Positions 24,473 to 35,187 of a stretch of DNA of 64,000 bases are shown here, piece by piece. The notes below the pieces were generated by a model, which was given only the letters and a program-made list of their open reading frames with translations, was not told the origin of the DNA and made no database searches. Origin of the DNA: Methanobacteriota archaeon (GTDB lineage Archaea; Thermoplasmatota; E2; DHVEG-1); contig CAVYNH010000006.1 in assembly GCA_963769885.1 (NCBI GenBank), forward strand, positions 224,001 to 288,000, given 5' to 3'. How positions within the stretch are numbered: position 1 is the first letter of the stretch; each line of letters opens with the position of its first letter. The position numbers were made by a program, and so were the translations under genes.

Positions 24473-27400
24473 TTATTGTACCCGTGCCATCAGGATGTTG
24501 AAGGTCAGCTGGGGGACGTCGGCCTTGACGTCGAGGTGGAGGGCGGTGGCGTTGCGGTAGGTGATATTCTCGTTGCCCTCGCGGAGGGTTGAGATCGCGG
24601 TGACATTGTAGGCGCCGGGGGCGAGCTCGATGTGGTAGATGCCGGTGGCGTTGGCGGTGGCGACTGCGCGGATGGCGGTGTTGTTGACGGACCCGTCTGG
24701 CTGGAAGGTGATGGTGGTGTTCTTGATGTTGTGGGTGGAGTCCGCGGTGGTGCCGGTGACGGTGATGGAGACCTTCGTGAGGGCGATGTTGTAGGTGACG
24801 GGTGCCTGGCCGGGTGCGATGGCGAGCTTGCTGGTGTAGGTGTAGACGAGCGTGCTGCCCTGTTGGTTCCTGACGGTGACGTTGTAGGCGCCGGGCTGGA
24901 GCTGGGTGGTGTAGCTGCCGTTCTGATCCGAGGTCGTGGTCTTTTGGACGGCGGTGTTGTTTTCCACGTTGGCGGTGGGGGTGAAGCTGATGCTGATGCT
25001 GCCGACGCCGGTGCCGTTGTGTGTGGCTTTGCCTTTGATAGTGATGGGGGCGTACTCCAGGGAGATGTTCATCTTGAGGGTGACGTTCTCTTTGAGGGTC
25101 ACGGGTTCTTCGCTGACGTATTGCAGGGCGCCGGTGGTGGTGTTGCGGAGGGATGCGTTGATGGTGTATTTGCCGGGGACGAGTACGGTGAAGCTGTACT
25201 GGCCGGTGGCGTCGGTGGTGAGGTGGCGTGAGGGGACCTGGGCGCCGCTGAGGGTGGTGTAGTAGAGGGTGACGTTGACGTTGGGGGTTGCTTCTCCGAG
25301 GTCGACTTGGCTGTTGTCGTTCTTGTCGGTGTAGATGATGCCGTTGATGCCTGCGGGTTTGGGTTTGGAGACGTTATGCCAGAAGGCCGGGCTTTGGCGG
25401 GTGGCGGGTTCGACGTTGACGGCGCTGGTGTTGAGGGTGTAGCCGTCTTGGATGGCGGAGATGTTGTACTTGCTGGGCGGCAGGCTGGGGAAGTGGTATC
25501 GGCCGTTGGCGTCGGTGCTGGCGTCGTTGGTTCTGCCGAAGAACAAGTCGTCGAGGTGGACGGTGATGTTGGCGAGGGGGGTGTCGACGCCGGGGTCGTA
25601 GCTGCCGTTGTTGTTGGTGTCGGTGTAGACGTAGCCGGTGAGGTTGGAGTTGTTGATGTTGATGGTGTAGTTGCGGTGGTAGTTGGTGCCGGGGGTGCGC
25701 ATGCCTTCGGCGTCGGTGATGGGGCTGTAGAGGCTGTTGTTGGTGTCGTTGAGTCGGAAGCGGTTGAGGAGGAGTTCGTCGCCGGGGTAGGTCATGATGA
25801 CGGCGACGTTGCCGCCGGGGGCGAGGGTGCTGAAGGTGCCGTTCTGGTCGGTGTAGACGTTGTCGTGGGGGAAGCCGTAGTTGTCGAGGATGATGACGTG
25901 GACGTAGGGCATGGGGGCGCCGGTGGCGTCGCGGACAGTGCCGTTGAGGAAGGCGCCTTCGTAGTACTTGGCGATGACGACGGCGCTTTTCCCGCCGCCG
26001 TAGTAGGGGTAGGGGGAGACGTACTCGGTGGAGAAGTGGAGCATGGCGTAGGTGGGGAGCTGCTGGTTGGGGGTCTGGAGGTTGCCTTGGGCGTCCTGGG
26101 TGGCCGGCATGCCGATGTAGGTCTTGTAGAACATGGTGTTGAAGTAGTCTTGTTTGTAGACGGTGGTGGTGCCGGTGATCTGGATGCGGTTGCGGACCTG
26201 GGAGGTCATGTTGTTGATCTCTTGGGCGCTCCAGGTCTGTTCTTGGCCGGGGGTGTTGTCGGCGTTGAGCTGGTAGCCGGTGTATTTGACCTGTATGAAG
26301 GCGTCTTCGGGGTCGGCGAGCTGGTGTCCGGTGCTGCGGAGGGCGTAGAGGGTGTTGCTTTTGTCGGCGAGGAAGGCGAAGATGTTGAAGATCTGTTCGT
26401 CGTAGCCTTCAACGCCGTAGTAGCGGATGCTTTTGCCGGTGCTGTTCTGGATGTCGTGGTAGAACCAGGTGATCTGGTCGTCGGTGAGGCTGTCGTTGAG
26501 CATCTGGGCGGCGTCGAGGTAGACGGCGTTCTCGGGCCATTGGCTGCCGACGCGGACGTGTTGACTGAGGTTTTTGTCGTATTGGGCACCGATGGGGGCG
26601 TTGTAGGAGGGGGAGGACTTGGGGTCCTGGACCCATTGGATGAGTTTGCTGGCGTTGGTTGTGGTGGTGCCGTTGGCGGTCGTGTTGAGGTATTTGTTGA
26701 GGGTGTTGACGACGGGCTGCGTGAGGTGTCCGCCGTGCGTCTGGCTGTTGGCGAGCAGGAGGCGGGTGATCCAGACGGCGACGCCTTCTTTTTCGCTGAG
26801 GGCGGTATGGAAGTTGGCCGCGGCGGGGATGCCGTCCTGGAAGTTGTCGGCGACCGTGGGGTGTCCGCCGACCGCGACTTCATAGAACCCGTAGTCCCAC
26901 CAGGAGATGTACGCGGGCCTGTCGGCGGGGGAGAGGTTCGTGTCTTGTTGGCGGAGCCAGTCGTAGGCGCCGACCCAGTATTGTTCCTTGTAGGAGCTGG
27001 AGCCGAAGGCGCCGGTGAAGTTCTGGCCGAAGACGTCGGTTTTAAGGTTGCTGGTGCCGTTCTTGGTGATGGCTGAGGGGACGGCCGCGTCGAGGGCGAG
27101 GAAGGCGTTGGGGACGAGGATGACGAAGACGATGAAGAAGGCCCCGATGATGTGGGTGATCTTGACGCCACGGCGTAGCCCGCGGAAACCACCGCCGGCG
27201 TTCTGGATGTTCTTGATCATCTTTTTGTAGTCGAACTTGTCGATGATGAACCAGATAATCATGCCGGCGAGGAGGGCGATGACGGGGACCATGTCGTTGA
27301 GGAACCGGCCGGCGGTGGAGGTGAGCCAGAGCTGGACGACGAAGAGGGTAAGGATAAACATGTAGTCACGGCGGTCCCGGTGCTGGATGAACTTCCAGAT

Positions 27401-28687
27401 GAGGAGGATGAAGCCGAACCAGGCGAGCCAGTAGACCGCGGGACCGTACGACATGACGGTCCTGCTGATGTTATAGGTGCCTGCCTCGGCGATGGTCAGG
27501 GAGACTTTGTTGCCGTAGATTCCGGTGCCGTACAGGATGTTGGAGATCCGGCCCAGGGGGGCGAGGAAGTTGGGGATCTGTGAGGGGAATGCCCGAACGA
27601 CGTAGAGGAGTCCTGCCGTGAGTCCGCCGAAGATGGCGATGAGTGGGATGGTGATGATCCAGGGGATGTTCTTCCATTTGAAGGCGAGGCAGGCGAGGCC
27701 GAAGATGGTGACGCCGGCGGCGAGGAAGAACGGGAGGGTGAACAGGCCGAGGGGCGTGGTACTGCTGAGCCGGACGACGGGGTAGGAGACGAGGACAGCG
27801 GTGAACATCATCAATGCAGAGCTTTGGACGAACTGGACGCTGGTTTTCTTCAGGACGAGGTCGATGATGAGCTGGACGACGATGTAGACGGCGAGGACCG
27901 CGTAGAGGAACTCGGCCTCGGTCCAGACCATGGAGAGGGCGGCGAGCGGGACGCCTGCGAGGACGCCGTAGAGGATGGAGCGGATGCGGTCGGTCTCTTT
28001 GATGCTTTTGATGAAGAAGGCGAAGGTGAGGACGTACAGCAGGAGGTTCAGGGAGTCGTGGTCGAAGAGGGCGAAGGCGGAGCCGTGGCCGGAGCTGATC
28101 TCGATGGGGATGATGGCGATGAGCAGGGCGGCGATGATGCCTTCTTTGCGTCCGAAGAGCATCTTCCCTATATAGTACACCGGGAAGACGAGGAGGGCGC
28201 CGAAGAGGGCGGGGACGAACTGCATGGCGAAGCCTAATGCGTCAGTGGGGCTCATGAAGGGGAGGAGGAGTTTGCTGAAGCTGATGGCGGACATGACCAG
28301 GAGTGGGGCACGACCGCCGGTGACGCCGAGCGGGTAGTTCAGCAGCGGGTCATTGGTGTAGTAGTAGGGGAATTTGCCGGTTGCTGATGTCTGTTGTACT
28401 AGTCTCATGTTGTAGTACGGGTCGGGGCCGGAGAGGTAGTATTTGGTGGTGAGGTCGGTCCCCTGGGGGTTGATGTTGGCGTTGGAGACGATGTTGAAGT
28501 AGCTGTTGAAGAAGAGGACGAGGAAGAAGGTGGCGATGAGGGTCACGCTAATCCAGAGGTTCTTGCGGGCTTTGATGCTGGCGAAGGAGAACCGGCGTCT
28601 CTCTGGTGCCGTTTCCTGGTGCGCTGGCTGGCTGACGGTGGTTTGCGTGGACGTGGTTTGCGTGGTTTGCTGTGCGCGCTTCCGCAT
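24473..28687 (-). CDS. aglB: Oligosaccharyltransferase AglB (STT3) with C-terminal beta-sandwich repeats
   Basis: GPDPYY, FDHD, TIAE, SWWDYG, DNFQ; multi-TM N-half; C-terminal TDxxGxY carboxypeptidase-regulatory/SdrD-like repeats. Confidence 0.92.
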   Translation of the reverse strand: MRKRAQQTTQTTSTQTTVSQPAHQETAPERRRFSFASIKARKNLWISVTLIATFFLVLFFNSYFNIVSNANINPQGTDLTTKYYLSGPDPYYNMRLVQQTSATGKFPYYYTNDPLLNYPLGVTGGRAPLLVMSAISFSKLLLPFMSPTDALGFAMQFVPALFGALLVFPVYYIGKMLFGRKEGIIAALLIAIIPIEISSGHGSAFALFDHDSLNLLLYVLTFAFFIKSIKETDRIRSILYGVLAGVPLAALSMVWTEAEFLYAVLAVYIVVQLIIDLVLKKTSVQFVQSSALMMFTAVLVSYPVVRLSSTTPLGLFTLPFFLAAGVTIFGLACLAFKWKNIPWIITIPLIAIFGGLTAGLLYVVRAFPSQIPNFLAPLGRISNILYGTGIYGNKVSLTIAEAGTYNISRTVMSYGPAVYWLAWFGFILLIWKFIQHRDRRDYMFILTLFVVQLWLTSTAGRFLNDMVPVIALLAGMIIWFIIDKFDYKKMIKNIQNAGGGFRGLRRGVKITHIIGAFFIVFVILVPNAFLALDAAVPSAITKNGTSNLKTDVFGQNFTGAFGSSSYKEQYWVGAYDWLRQQDTNLSPADRPAYISWWDYGFYEVAVGGHPTVADNFQDGIPAAANFHTALSEKEGVAVWITRLLLANSQTHGGHLTQPVVNTLNKYLNTTANGTTTTNASKLIQWVQDPKSSPSYNAPIGAQYDKNLSQHVRVGSQWPENAVYLDAAQMLNDSLTDDQITWFYHDIQNSTGKSIRYYGVEGYDEQIFNIFAFLADKSNTLYALRSTGHQLADPEDAFIQVKYTGYQLNADNTPGQEQTWSAQEINNMTSQVRNRIQITGTTTVYKQDYFNTMFYKTYIGMPATQDAQGNLQTPNQQLPTYAMLHFSTEYVSPYPYYGGGKSAVVIAKYYEGAFLNGTVRDATGAPMPYVHVIILDNYGFPHDNVYTDQNGTFSTLAPGGNVAVIMTYPGDELLLNRFRLNDTNNSLYSPITDAEGMRTPGTNYHRNYTININNSNLTGYVYTDTNNNGSYDPGVDTPLANITVHLDDLFFGRTNDASTDANGRYHFPSLPPSKYNISAIQDGYTLNTSAVNVEPATRQSPAFWHNVSKPKPAGINGIIYTDKNDNSQVDLGEATPNVNVTLYYTTLSGAQVPSRHLTTDATGQYSFTVLVPGKYTINASLRNTTTGALQYVSEEPVTLKENVTLKMNISLEYAPITIKGKATHNGTGVGSISISFTPTANVENNTAVQKTTTSDQNGSYTTQLQPGAYNVTVRNQQGSTLVYTYTSKLAIAPGQAPVTYNIALTKVSITVTGTTADSTHNIKNTTITFQPDGSVNNTAIRAVATANATGIYHIELAPGAYNVTAISTLREGNENITYRNATALHLDVKADVPQLTFNILMARVQ

Positions 28688-28771
28688 GGAGTCTCACCTT
28701 GAATTGGATACACCGTAAAACCATGGCCTTATAAATACCTTATCTCTGGTCTATCTGGAGAAGAGCGTGGT

Positions 28772-29632
28772 TTAGGCGAGGTGGACGTGCAGTGCGGCGA
28801 TGCTGGGGGCGACGCTGACCTTGCTAAACTCGCTTTCTATCGTGTTGGTGGCGATGATTTCGTTGACGCCCGCGGCCGTGAGCTTCTCCTTGGCTTGTCC
28901 GGCGAAGAGGCCGTGGGTGCAGGCGACGTAGACGTGCTTGGCGCCCTGGTGTTTGAGTTCTTTGATGGAGGTGGCCATGGTGCCGCCGGTGGAGATGATG
29001 TCGTCGAGGATCGCGACGGTCTTGCCCTGGACGTCCAGACTCTTGGGATGTATCTTCACCGTGTTGCCGTCGATGCGGGTCTTTTCGAGGTAGTCGCTGG
29101 GGATGCCCATGAGGCGGGCGGCTTCTTCTGCGCGGTCTTTTGCGCCCATGTCCGGGGCGAGGACGAGGTCGATGTCTTTCCCTTTGAGGTATTCCGCGAT
29201 TTGGGGGACGGCGCTGCAGCTGCGGGCCGGGGTCGTGAAGAAGTCCAGGAGTTGTTCCTTGTGGGGGTCGACGGTGATGACGTCGTCGGCGTGGACGCTG
29301 ATGTGCTCGGCCATGGCGCGGGCGCTGATGGCCTCGCCGTCCTCGAATTTCTTGTCTTGGCGGCTGTAGCCGAAGTAGGGGAGGATGACGCTGATTTTCT
29401 TGGCGCCGGCCTCGCAGACGGCGTCCTGCATGATGAGCAGCTCGATGATCTTGGAGTCGGGGTACGCGGTCTGGACGATGAGGACGTCCTGGCCTTCGAT
29501 GGGTTCTTCGATGCGGACGTAGAACTCGTCGTCCGGGAAGCGCTTGAAGGTGGTTTTCAACAACGGTTGGTTTAAAAGTTCGGATAACTCGGCGGCGATG
29601 GACGTCGCGGATGTGCCCCCAAGGATGAACAT
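28772..29632 (-). CDS. prs: Ribose-phosphate pyrophosphokinase
   Basis: RFPDDE, PYFGYSRQD, APDMGA, ILDDIISTGGT, CTHG. Confidence 0.95.
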   Translation of the reverse strand: MFILGGTSATSIAAELSELLNQPLLKTTFKRFPDDEFYVRIEEPIEGQDVLIVQTAYPDSKIIELLIMQDAVCEAGAKKISVILPYFGYSRQDKKFEDGEAISARAMAEHISVHADDVITVDPHKEQLLDFFTTPARSCSAVPQIAEYLKGKDIDLVLAPDMGAKDRAEEAARLMGIPSDYLEKTRIDGNTVKIHPKSLDVQGKTVAILDDIISTGGTMATSIKELKHQGAKHVYVACTHGLFAGQAKEKLTAAGVNEIIATNTIESEFSKVSVAPSIAALHVHLA

Positions 29633-29764
29633 AACTCCGGCCCTGGGGAGTCGTAAACATTCGCGTCCTTTTCAGGGTTTCGTTATGAGAAAGAAGGAGG
29701 AACTTGGGGTTTTCGTCCTTAGTATTAAATAGGGAGTCGTGCAATAGGTCTACGGGGCTCTGGC

Positions 29765-31357
29765 ATGGGTAGTTTCAAGGAATTGCGGATTCATCTGTGG
29801 AGGATCGTCGCCCTTTGCATCATCATGATTGTTTTGGATCCGATTACGTTCTCTGGTTTGGCTGAGCCAAAGGTATTAAAAAATGAAAGTGGTGGCCTCT
29901 TGGATTCTGCGTGGCCTATGTACTGCCACGATGTCAAGCATACAGGGAGAAGCCCGTATGCCCCCGCTGGTAATTGGCGTGTTGAAAAATGGCATTTTCA
30001 ATTGAATTGGGGCATTACAAGATGCTCTCCAGCTCTTGATAAAAATGGCACTCTTTATGTTGGATCAACGAATGAAGATTATTTCTATGCGCTATATTCG
30101 AATGGGACAGAAAAATGGAGATTGCCTATAGGCAGTGTTCAATCCTCACCGGCAATCGGTGAAAATGGCATTATATATGTTGGTTCTGATTCCGGTCGAC
30201 TTTATGCGATCTTCCCTAATGGTACAATCAAGTGGTGGGTTTCAGTTGGACAAGGATGGGCGTGTTCATCCCCTGTCATTGATACCAATGGAATCATTTA
30301 TTGTGCCTCAGTCATAGGCAGCAGACTGGTCGCATTCTATCCAAACGGGACCATCAAATGGTCCTTCTCTGCTCAATCCTACATCTACAATGATCCAGCG
30401 ATTGGCGATGACGGAACCATCTACATTGGCTCCAATGATGGGTATCTCTACGCCCTCTACTCGAATGGTACTTTGCGATGGAAGTTCTATGGTGGCGGGC
30501 AATTGGGCGTCGCCTCTGCCTCCATCGCCGATGACGGAACAATTTACGTTGGAAGCACCGGAGGCTATCTACATGCCCTTGCTCCAAATGGGACTCTCAA
30601 ATGGAAGGTATACACCGGCTGGATTGGTGGCTCGACCCCGGCAATCGCAGAAGATGGCACCATCTACGTTGGCGACCAAGACAATCATCTACTTTATAGC
30701 ATCGCTCCGAATGGAACCATCAACTGGTCATTTAAAACCAGAGGAGACATCATGTCCTCATCGGCCATTGACTCCCACGGGAACATCTACTGCTCCTCAG
30801 GTGATGGTAACCTCTATGCCTTCAATAAAAATGGTAGCCTCCGTTGGACGTTTCCTGTCGCTAATCTAGGAATCGAATCCTCACCAGTTATCGCTGCTGA
30901 TGGTACTATTTATATTTCTGGTCGTTTCGAACCCTCAGGTTCCAATCCAAGCCACTCGCTACTATATGCACTCGGATCAATTAACGACACCCAACCAACC
31001 GTCCCGACCATCACCGGCACCGAGAACGGCCACGTTCGCCGGACCTACGAATACACTATCACCGCCACCGACCTGGACAACGACACCCTCAGCTACTACG
31101 TGGACTGGGGCGACGGTACCACCACCAACTGGACCGGCCCCACACCCTCCGGTCAGAGCATCATCCAATCCCACACCTGGCACAAGCGCGGCACCTACAC
31201 CGTCAAAGCCAAGGCACGGGACCAATACCTCTGGGAGACCGACTGGGCCACCCTCACCATCAAAATGCCCTATGAACCACCACGCTTCCCAATCCTCCAC
31301 TGGCTCCTCAACCGTTTCCCCGACGCTTTCCCCCTGCTCCACAAACTCCTCGGGTAA
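29765..31357 (+). CDS. Secreted PQQ-like beta-propeller protein with a C-terminal PKD domain
   Basis: WPMYCHD, repeats of SPAIxxDGTIYVGS...LYAxxPNGTxKW, YYVDWGDG, HTWHKRGTYTVKAKARD. Confidence 0.88.
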   Translation: MGSFKELRIHLWRIVALCIIMIVLDPITFSGLAEPKVLKNESGGLLDSAWPMYCHDVKHTGRSPYAPAGNWRVEKWHFQLNWGITRCSPALDKNGTLYVGSTNEDYFYALYSNGTEKWRLPIGSVQSSPAIGENGIIYVGSDSGRLYAIFPNGTIKWWVSVGQGWACSSPVIDTNGIIYCASVIGSRLVAFYPNGTIKWSFSAQSYIYNDPAIGDDGTIYIGSNDGYLYALYSNGTLRWKFYGGGQLGVASASIADDGTIYVGSTGGYLHALAPNGTLKWKVYTGWIGGSTPAIAEDGTIYVGDQDNHLLYSIAPNGTINWSFKTRGDIMSSSAIDSHGNIYCSSGDGNLYAFNKNGSLRWTFPVANLGIESSPVIAADGTIYISGRFEPSGSNPSHSLLYALGSINDTQPTVPTITGTENGHVRRTYEYTITATDLDNDTLSYYVDWGDGTTTNWTGPTPSGQSIIQSHTWHKRGTYTVKAKARDQYLWETDWATLTIKMPYEPPRFPILHWLLNRFPDAFPLLHKLLG

Positions 31358-31396
31358 GCAAAGTTTTTAAAAGGGAGACCGGTTAATTTGCCCTGA

Positions 31397-33622
31397 GTGG
31401 ATGCGATGCGAAAGTACACCCTATCGGTTATCGTCCTAAGCCTCACCCTCCTTCTCCTCCTCCCTAATCCAATCACCACCGCCGACACCCCCACTAGCCT
31501 CGTCGACGCCACCATCACCGCCGCGTACCAAAACGCCACGAGCCTCCACGTCACCGCCGCTATGCTCGTCCATCGCATCGACAACATCTTCGGCACCACC
31601 TACACCCAAACCGACATCGACCACCTCACCAACCCCGACGACCTCGGCGCCATCAAACTCAGACTCCACGACAGCCTCACCACCCAACTCCAACACACCT
31701 TCCCCAACGCCTTGATCACCCCCGAAGGCCGCCCCGTCTACGCCACCCCCTACTTCACCGACGACCTCACCATCACCCTCACCACCCAATACTTCGACAC
31801 CACCATCACCAACATCACCACCCTGATCACAGGCCTCCTCGACAGCGGCACCGACATCACATACCACTACACCCTCACCAGCACCCCAGGCTGGAACAGC
31901 ACCTACCTCTTCACCATCCCCCCAGCCCTCACCCTCACCACCGCCACCACCACCCGTCTCTCCCCGGATAACCGCCAAGTCACCTGGATCGCCAACAACA
32001 CCACCGGCACCACACCAGCAGTCCCCGCCAGCCTCACCCTCCACGCCACCCACCCCACCACCCCACCCAACCAACCAGAACGCATCACCCTGGACCTCGC
32101 CATCGACACCCGAACCCCCGCCACCATCTCTCTCACCGCCAACATCCAACTCCACACCCTTGACCTCACCGCATACCACGTCCTCCCCGCCTTCACCACC
32201 GGCACCACCCTCCCATCGGACGCCCTCCGGCTCCTCATCACCGACGGCCTCCTCACCCTCGACGCCATCCACACCCACACCATCCAACCCCTCATCGACC
32301 GCCTCCAACCCCTCCTCCAAAACACCACCCTCAACCAACCCCTCACCTTCACCTTCACCTGGGACAACACCACCACCAACCCCACCCCACCGTTCAACAC
32401 CACCCACATGGACACCACCCCACCCCTCACCGCCCAATACCACGACCCACACATCCGCCTCACCATCGACAACCTCACGGCCAGAGCCTACTTCGGCCTC
32501 ATCAACGCAGGCGCCAACGCCACCCTCACCCCCACCAGCCTCAACATCGACACCAAGAACACGCTCCTCGGCCTCCCCACCACCGTCACCCTCACTCTCC
32601 CCCAAAACATCACCCTCAACAACCAACACACCATCACCTGGAACCAAACCACCAACACCACCGGCACCCTCCACTCTGACCTCCAACCCCAGCCCCCCTA
32701 CACCACAGAAAAACACACCACCACCATCACCATCGACATCTCCAAGATGGACCTCAACCTCATCGGCCTCTTCACCGGCAAAACCGAACTCACCACAACC
32801 ACCACCCTTACCCAACACGACGCCCTCAACGTCATCCGCACGCCCCCAGAGATCCACCTCCCCACCACCATGACCCTCCCGTTCCTCAACGCCGACGCCT
32901 ACCGCCTCTGCACCGAAGAAGGCCTCCTCACCCAAAATGACCAGACCACGATCCTCGACACCCAACGAACCCTCTTCGAACAACGCCTCACCACCATCTA
33001 CAACGGCCGCACCATCAAAGCCCTCACCAACACTAAAACCTACACCACCAGCCTCCAATGGAATGGCGACATCGCCACCATGGACAACCTCGCCCCCATC
33101 ACCATCGACGCCTACGCCGACGACGACGCCACCCTCGCCGCCAGCCTCAGCCTCTCCCCCGCCACCTTCACCATCGCACCCCTCCACTTCACCCTCCCCC
33201 ACATCGCCAACACCACCACCACCTACCGCCTCATCTTCCCCTCAGGCCAGACCCTCGCCGCCGTCACCACCCAAGGACAGCCCTACGCACAAGGCAACAC
33301 CAGCGACGGCAGAGCCTACATCGAATTCCTCTTCAACGACACCAGCACCATCCTCACCACCCCCGTCACCTGCACCCTCGCCGTCTCCACCTTCTACGTC
33401 CTGGCCCTCTTCCTCCCCCTCATCCTCGTCATCGTCCTCATCGTCATCCTCCTCATCGTCATCCTCCTCATCCGCAAACGACGGAAACGCTCCCCTGGCC
33501 TCCCCAAACAACGTAAAACCAAACCCAAGAAAAAAGGAGAGGAACCAGAAGAACCCACCGGCAGCGAAGACGCGGAAGACTTTTATGTGCCCCCGCCACC
33601 GCCCTCATCCCGCCGCCGATAA
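31397..33622 (+). CDS. Large extracellular membrane-anchored hypothetical protein, extremely Thr-rich
   Basis: Signal peptide, C-terminal TM helix followed by RKRRKR; internal repeat LPxDAxRLxxxxGLLT. Confidence 0.75.
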   Translation: MDAMRKYTLSVIVLSLTLLLLLPNPITTADTPTSLVDATITAAYQNATSLHVTAAMLVHRIDNIFGTTYTQTDIDHLTNPDDLGAIKLRLHDSLTTQLQHTFPNALITPEGRPVYATPYFTDDLTITLTTQYFDTTITNITTLITGLLDSGTDITYHYTLTSTPGWNSTYLFTIPPALTLTTATTTRLSPDNRQVTWIANNTTGTTPAVPASLTLHATHPTTPPNQPERITLDLAIDTRTPATISLTANIQLHTLDLTAYHVLPAFTTGTTLPSDALRLLITDGLLTLDAIHTHTIQPLIDRLQPLLQNTTLNQPLTFTFTWDNTTTNPTPPFNTTHMDTTPPLTAQYHDPHIRLTIDNLTARAYFGLINAGANATLTPTSLNIDTKNTLLGLPTTVTLTLPQNITLNNQHTITWNQTTNTTGTLHSDLQPQPPYTTEKHTTTITIDISKMDLNLIGLFTGKTELTTTTTLTQHDALNVIRTPPEIHLPTTMTLPFLNADAYRLCTEEGLLTQNDQTTILDTQRTLFEQRLTTIYNGRTIKALTNTKTYTTSLQWNGDIATMDNLAPITIDAYADDDATLAASLSLSPATFTIAPLHFTLPHIANTTTTYRLIFPSGQTLAAVTTQGQPYAQGNTSDGRAYIEFLFNDTSTILTTPVTCTLAVSTFYVLALFLPLILVIVLIVILLIVILLIRKRRKRSPGLPKQRKTKPKKKGEEPEEPTGSEDAEDFYVPPPPPSSRRR

Positions 33623-34791
33623 GCCCGCAACACGTCCGGCAGACGCACCGCCAGCCCCGGCGCCGCCGCCAACACCGGCAGCACCAACCGCGACGGATAA
33701 TCAATATCCCCATAGCGATCGATCGCCGCCCGCACCCGCGGCCGCCGCAGCTCACGCAACCACGATTCTAACACTGGATCACTCATTGAGCGGTAATACC
33801 GCCGAAATGCCATCCCCCACGACAGCTCACGGCCGACCACCCGCTTCCACCGCAGCTGATACCGCTGAAGATCGTGTACGGAAAACACCGAGGCCTCAAA
33901 CGCCTCCGTGATGGTTCGCGCACATTGTCGCGCGCACAACAAGCCGGTGACGATGCCGCCGCCGGACGTCGGCTTCACCTGCGCCGCGGCATCCCCGACG
34001 AGTAAGACACGGCCTTGAACCGAAGGCATGACTGGCCCCAAAGGCACTAGGCCACCGTACCGGCAGGTTAGAGAACCATCTGCAACTGGAGGGCGGCGCA
34101 GCAGCGACTCGAAGCACTCCCGCATCGACGGTGACGAGTGCTTGGTTTTGCACAACCCGATCCGCGCACAGGTCCCCTTCTCATTCATAGGGATGACCCA
34201 GGCGAAAAAACCAGGGGCAACCCGCGAGCCGGTGAAAATCAGCGTCGTTTTCGGATCTAAATCCACATTCTCGATTTCTCCTCCGATTCCCTCAAGCATT
34301 TCGGTGGGCTGAGGAAAGTTCAAACAAGCGCGGACGGATGATAGGGCACCATCCGCACCGACGAGAATCTTCCCGGAAAACGATCCGTGAGCACTCTTCA
34401 TGATTACGCCGCTGGCATCCTGATGCACTTTTCTCACTTTTTCACCGGTCAAAAGCGTGGCTCCGGCATCGATGGCTAGCCGGCCTAGCGCCTGGTCGTA
34501 GCGTACGCGGTCGATAACAAGCGCATGAACTCGGTCGCCCCCGATGCGCTCGATGACCTCATCCGGGGAATGGATTTGAGCGCCTGTGATCGTATTCGAG
34601 ACGATGGACTCTTGAGGAAGCCGGGGGATTGAAAAGGCACGGTCAGTAACCAATCCAGCGCAATGGAGCGGACGACCAACCTCATTATGTTCCTCGAATA
34701 TCCCGACGGAGTAGCCGGCCTCGGCCACCCAGCGGCCAACCGCGCAGCCGATGGGGCCGCCGCCGACGATAAGCAGGTCGTATCGATCCAT
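33583..34791 (-). CDS. Geranylgeranyl reductase family flavoprotein
   Basis: VGGGPIG, PLHCAG, VGADG, FAWVIP, VGDAAAQVKPTSGGGI. Confidence 0.9.
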   Translation of the reverse strand: MDRYDLLIVGGGPIGCAVGRWVAEAGYSVGIFEEHNEVGRPLHCAGLVTDRAFSIPRLPQESIVSNTITGAQIHSPDEVIERIGGDRVHALVIDRVRYDQALGRLAIDAGATLLTGEKVRKVHQDASGVIMKSAHGSFSGKILVGADGALSSVRACLNFPQPTEMLEGIGGEIENVDLDPKTTLIFTGSRVAPGFFAWVIPMNEKGTCARIGLCKTKHSSPSMRECFESLLRRPPVADGSLTCRYGGLVPLGPVMPSVQGRVLLVGDAAAQVKPTSGGGIVTGLLCARQCARTITEAFEASVFSVHDLQRYQLRWKRVVGRELSWGMAFRRYYRSMSDPVLESWLRELRRPRVRAAIDRYGDIDYPSRLVLPVLAAAPGLAVRLPDVLRAYRRRDEGGGGGT

Positions 34792-34848
34792 TTTATGGCA
34801 AAGAATTATCCAAAGCTTTATAATAAAAACGGTAATTCAGAAGGACAC

Positions 34849-35187
34849 ATGACCTTCGGTGACCCGAGCCGCTTGTTTTCTGGTTCTCTCTTCTTCTTTG
34901 GAAGGCGGAAGAATGGGCTGTCGGGCGACCCGGAGATGCTTTGTAAATTCGTCTACGATTCTTCTGGGACGCGGCTCGGGGAGAGCGTCTCGTTCATGGA
35001 GGATGTCCTGATTGTGAAGGACGGGAGTCGGTTCCTTGGGGTGCCGATGAAACATGTCCATAAAAATCAATCATCGTTAGTGGTAAAAGGGATCTATGAT
35101 CTTTCCAAAGCCTATGCGTTAGGGGAGAAATGGCGGATGGAGACCCGCCGTGAGATGCCGTCCTATGATAAAGATCGCGCCCCTTGA
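34849..35187 (+). CDS. Conserved archaeal hypothetical protein (DUF5749-like)
   Basis: CKFVYD..G..LGES....D.LIVK.G..FLGVP, ALGEKWR. Confidence 0.6.
   Translation: MTFGDPSRLFSGSLFFFGRRKNGLSGDPEMLCKFVYDSSGTRLGESVSFMEDVLIVKDGSRFLGVPMKHVHKNQSSLVVKGIYDLSKAYALGEKWRMETRREMPSYDKDRAP

Noticed and set aside
24632-33911. Long antisense or alternate-frame ORFs (e.g. 25307-27076, 31436-33202; likewise 15532-16689, 36368-37615, 55519-56802)
   Set aside because: Shadows of real genes: the extreme skew removes stop codons from other frames, and the products are low-complexity V/G/D or T/P/S strings
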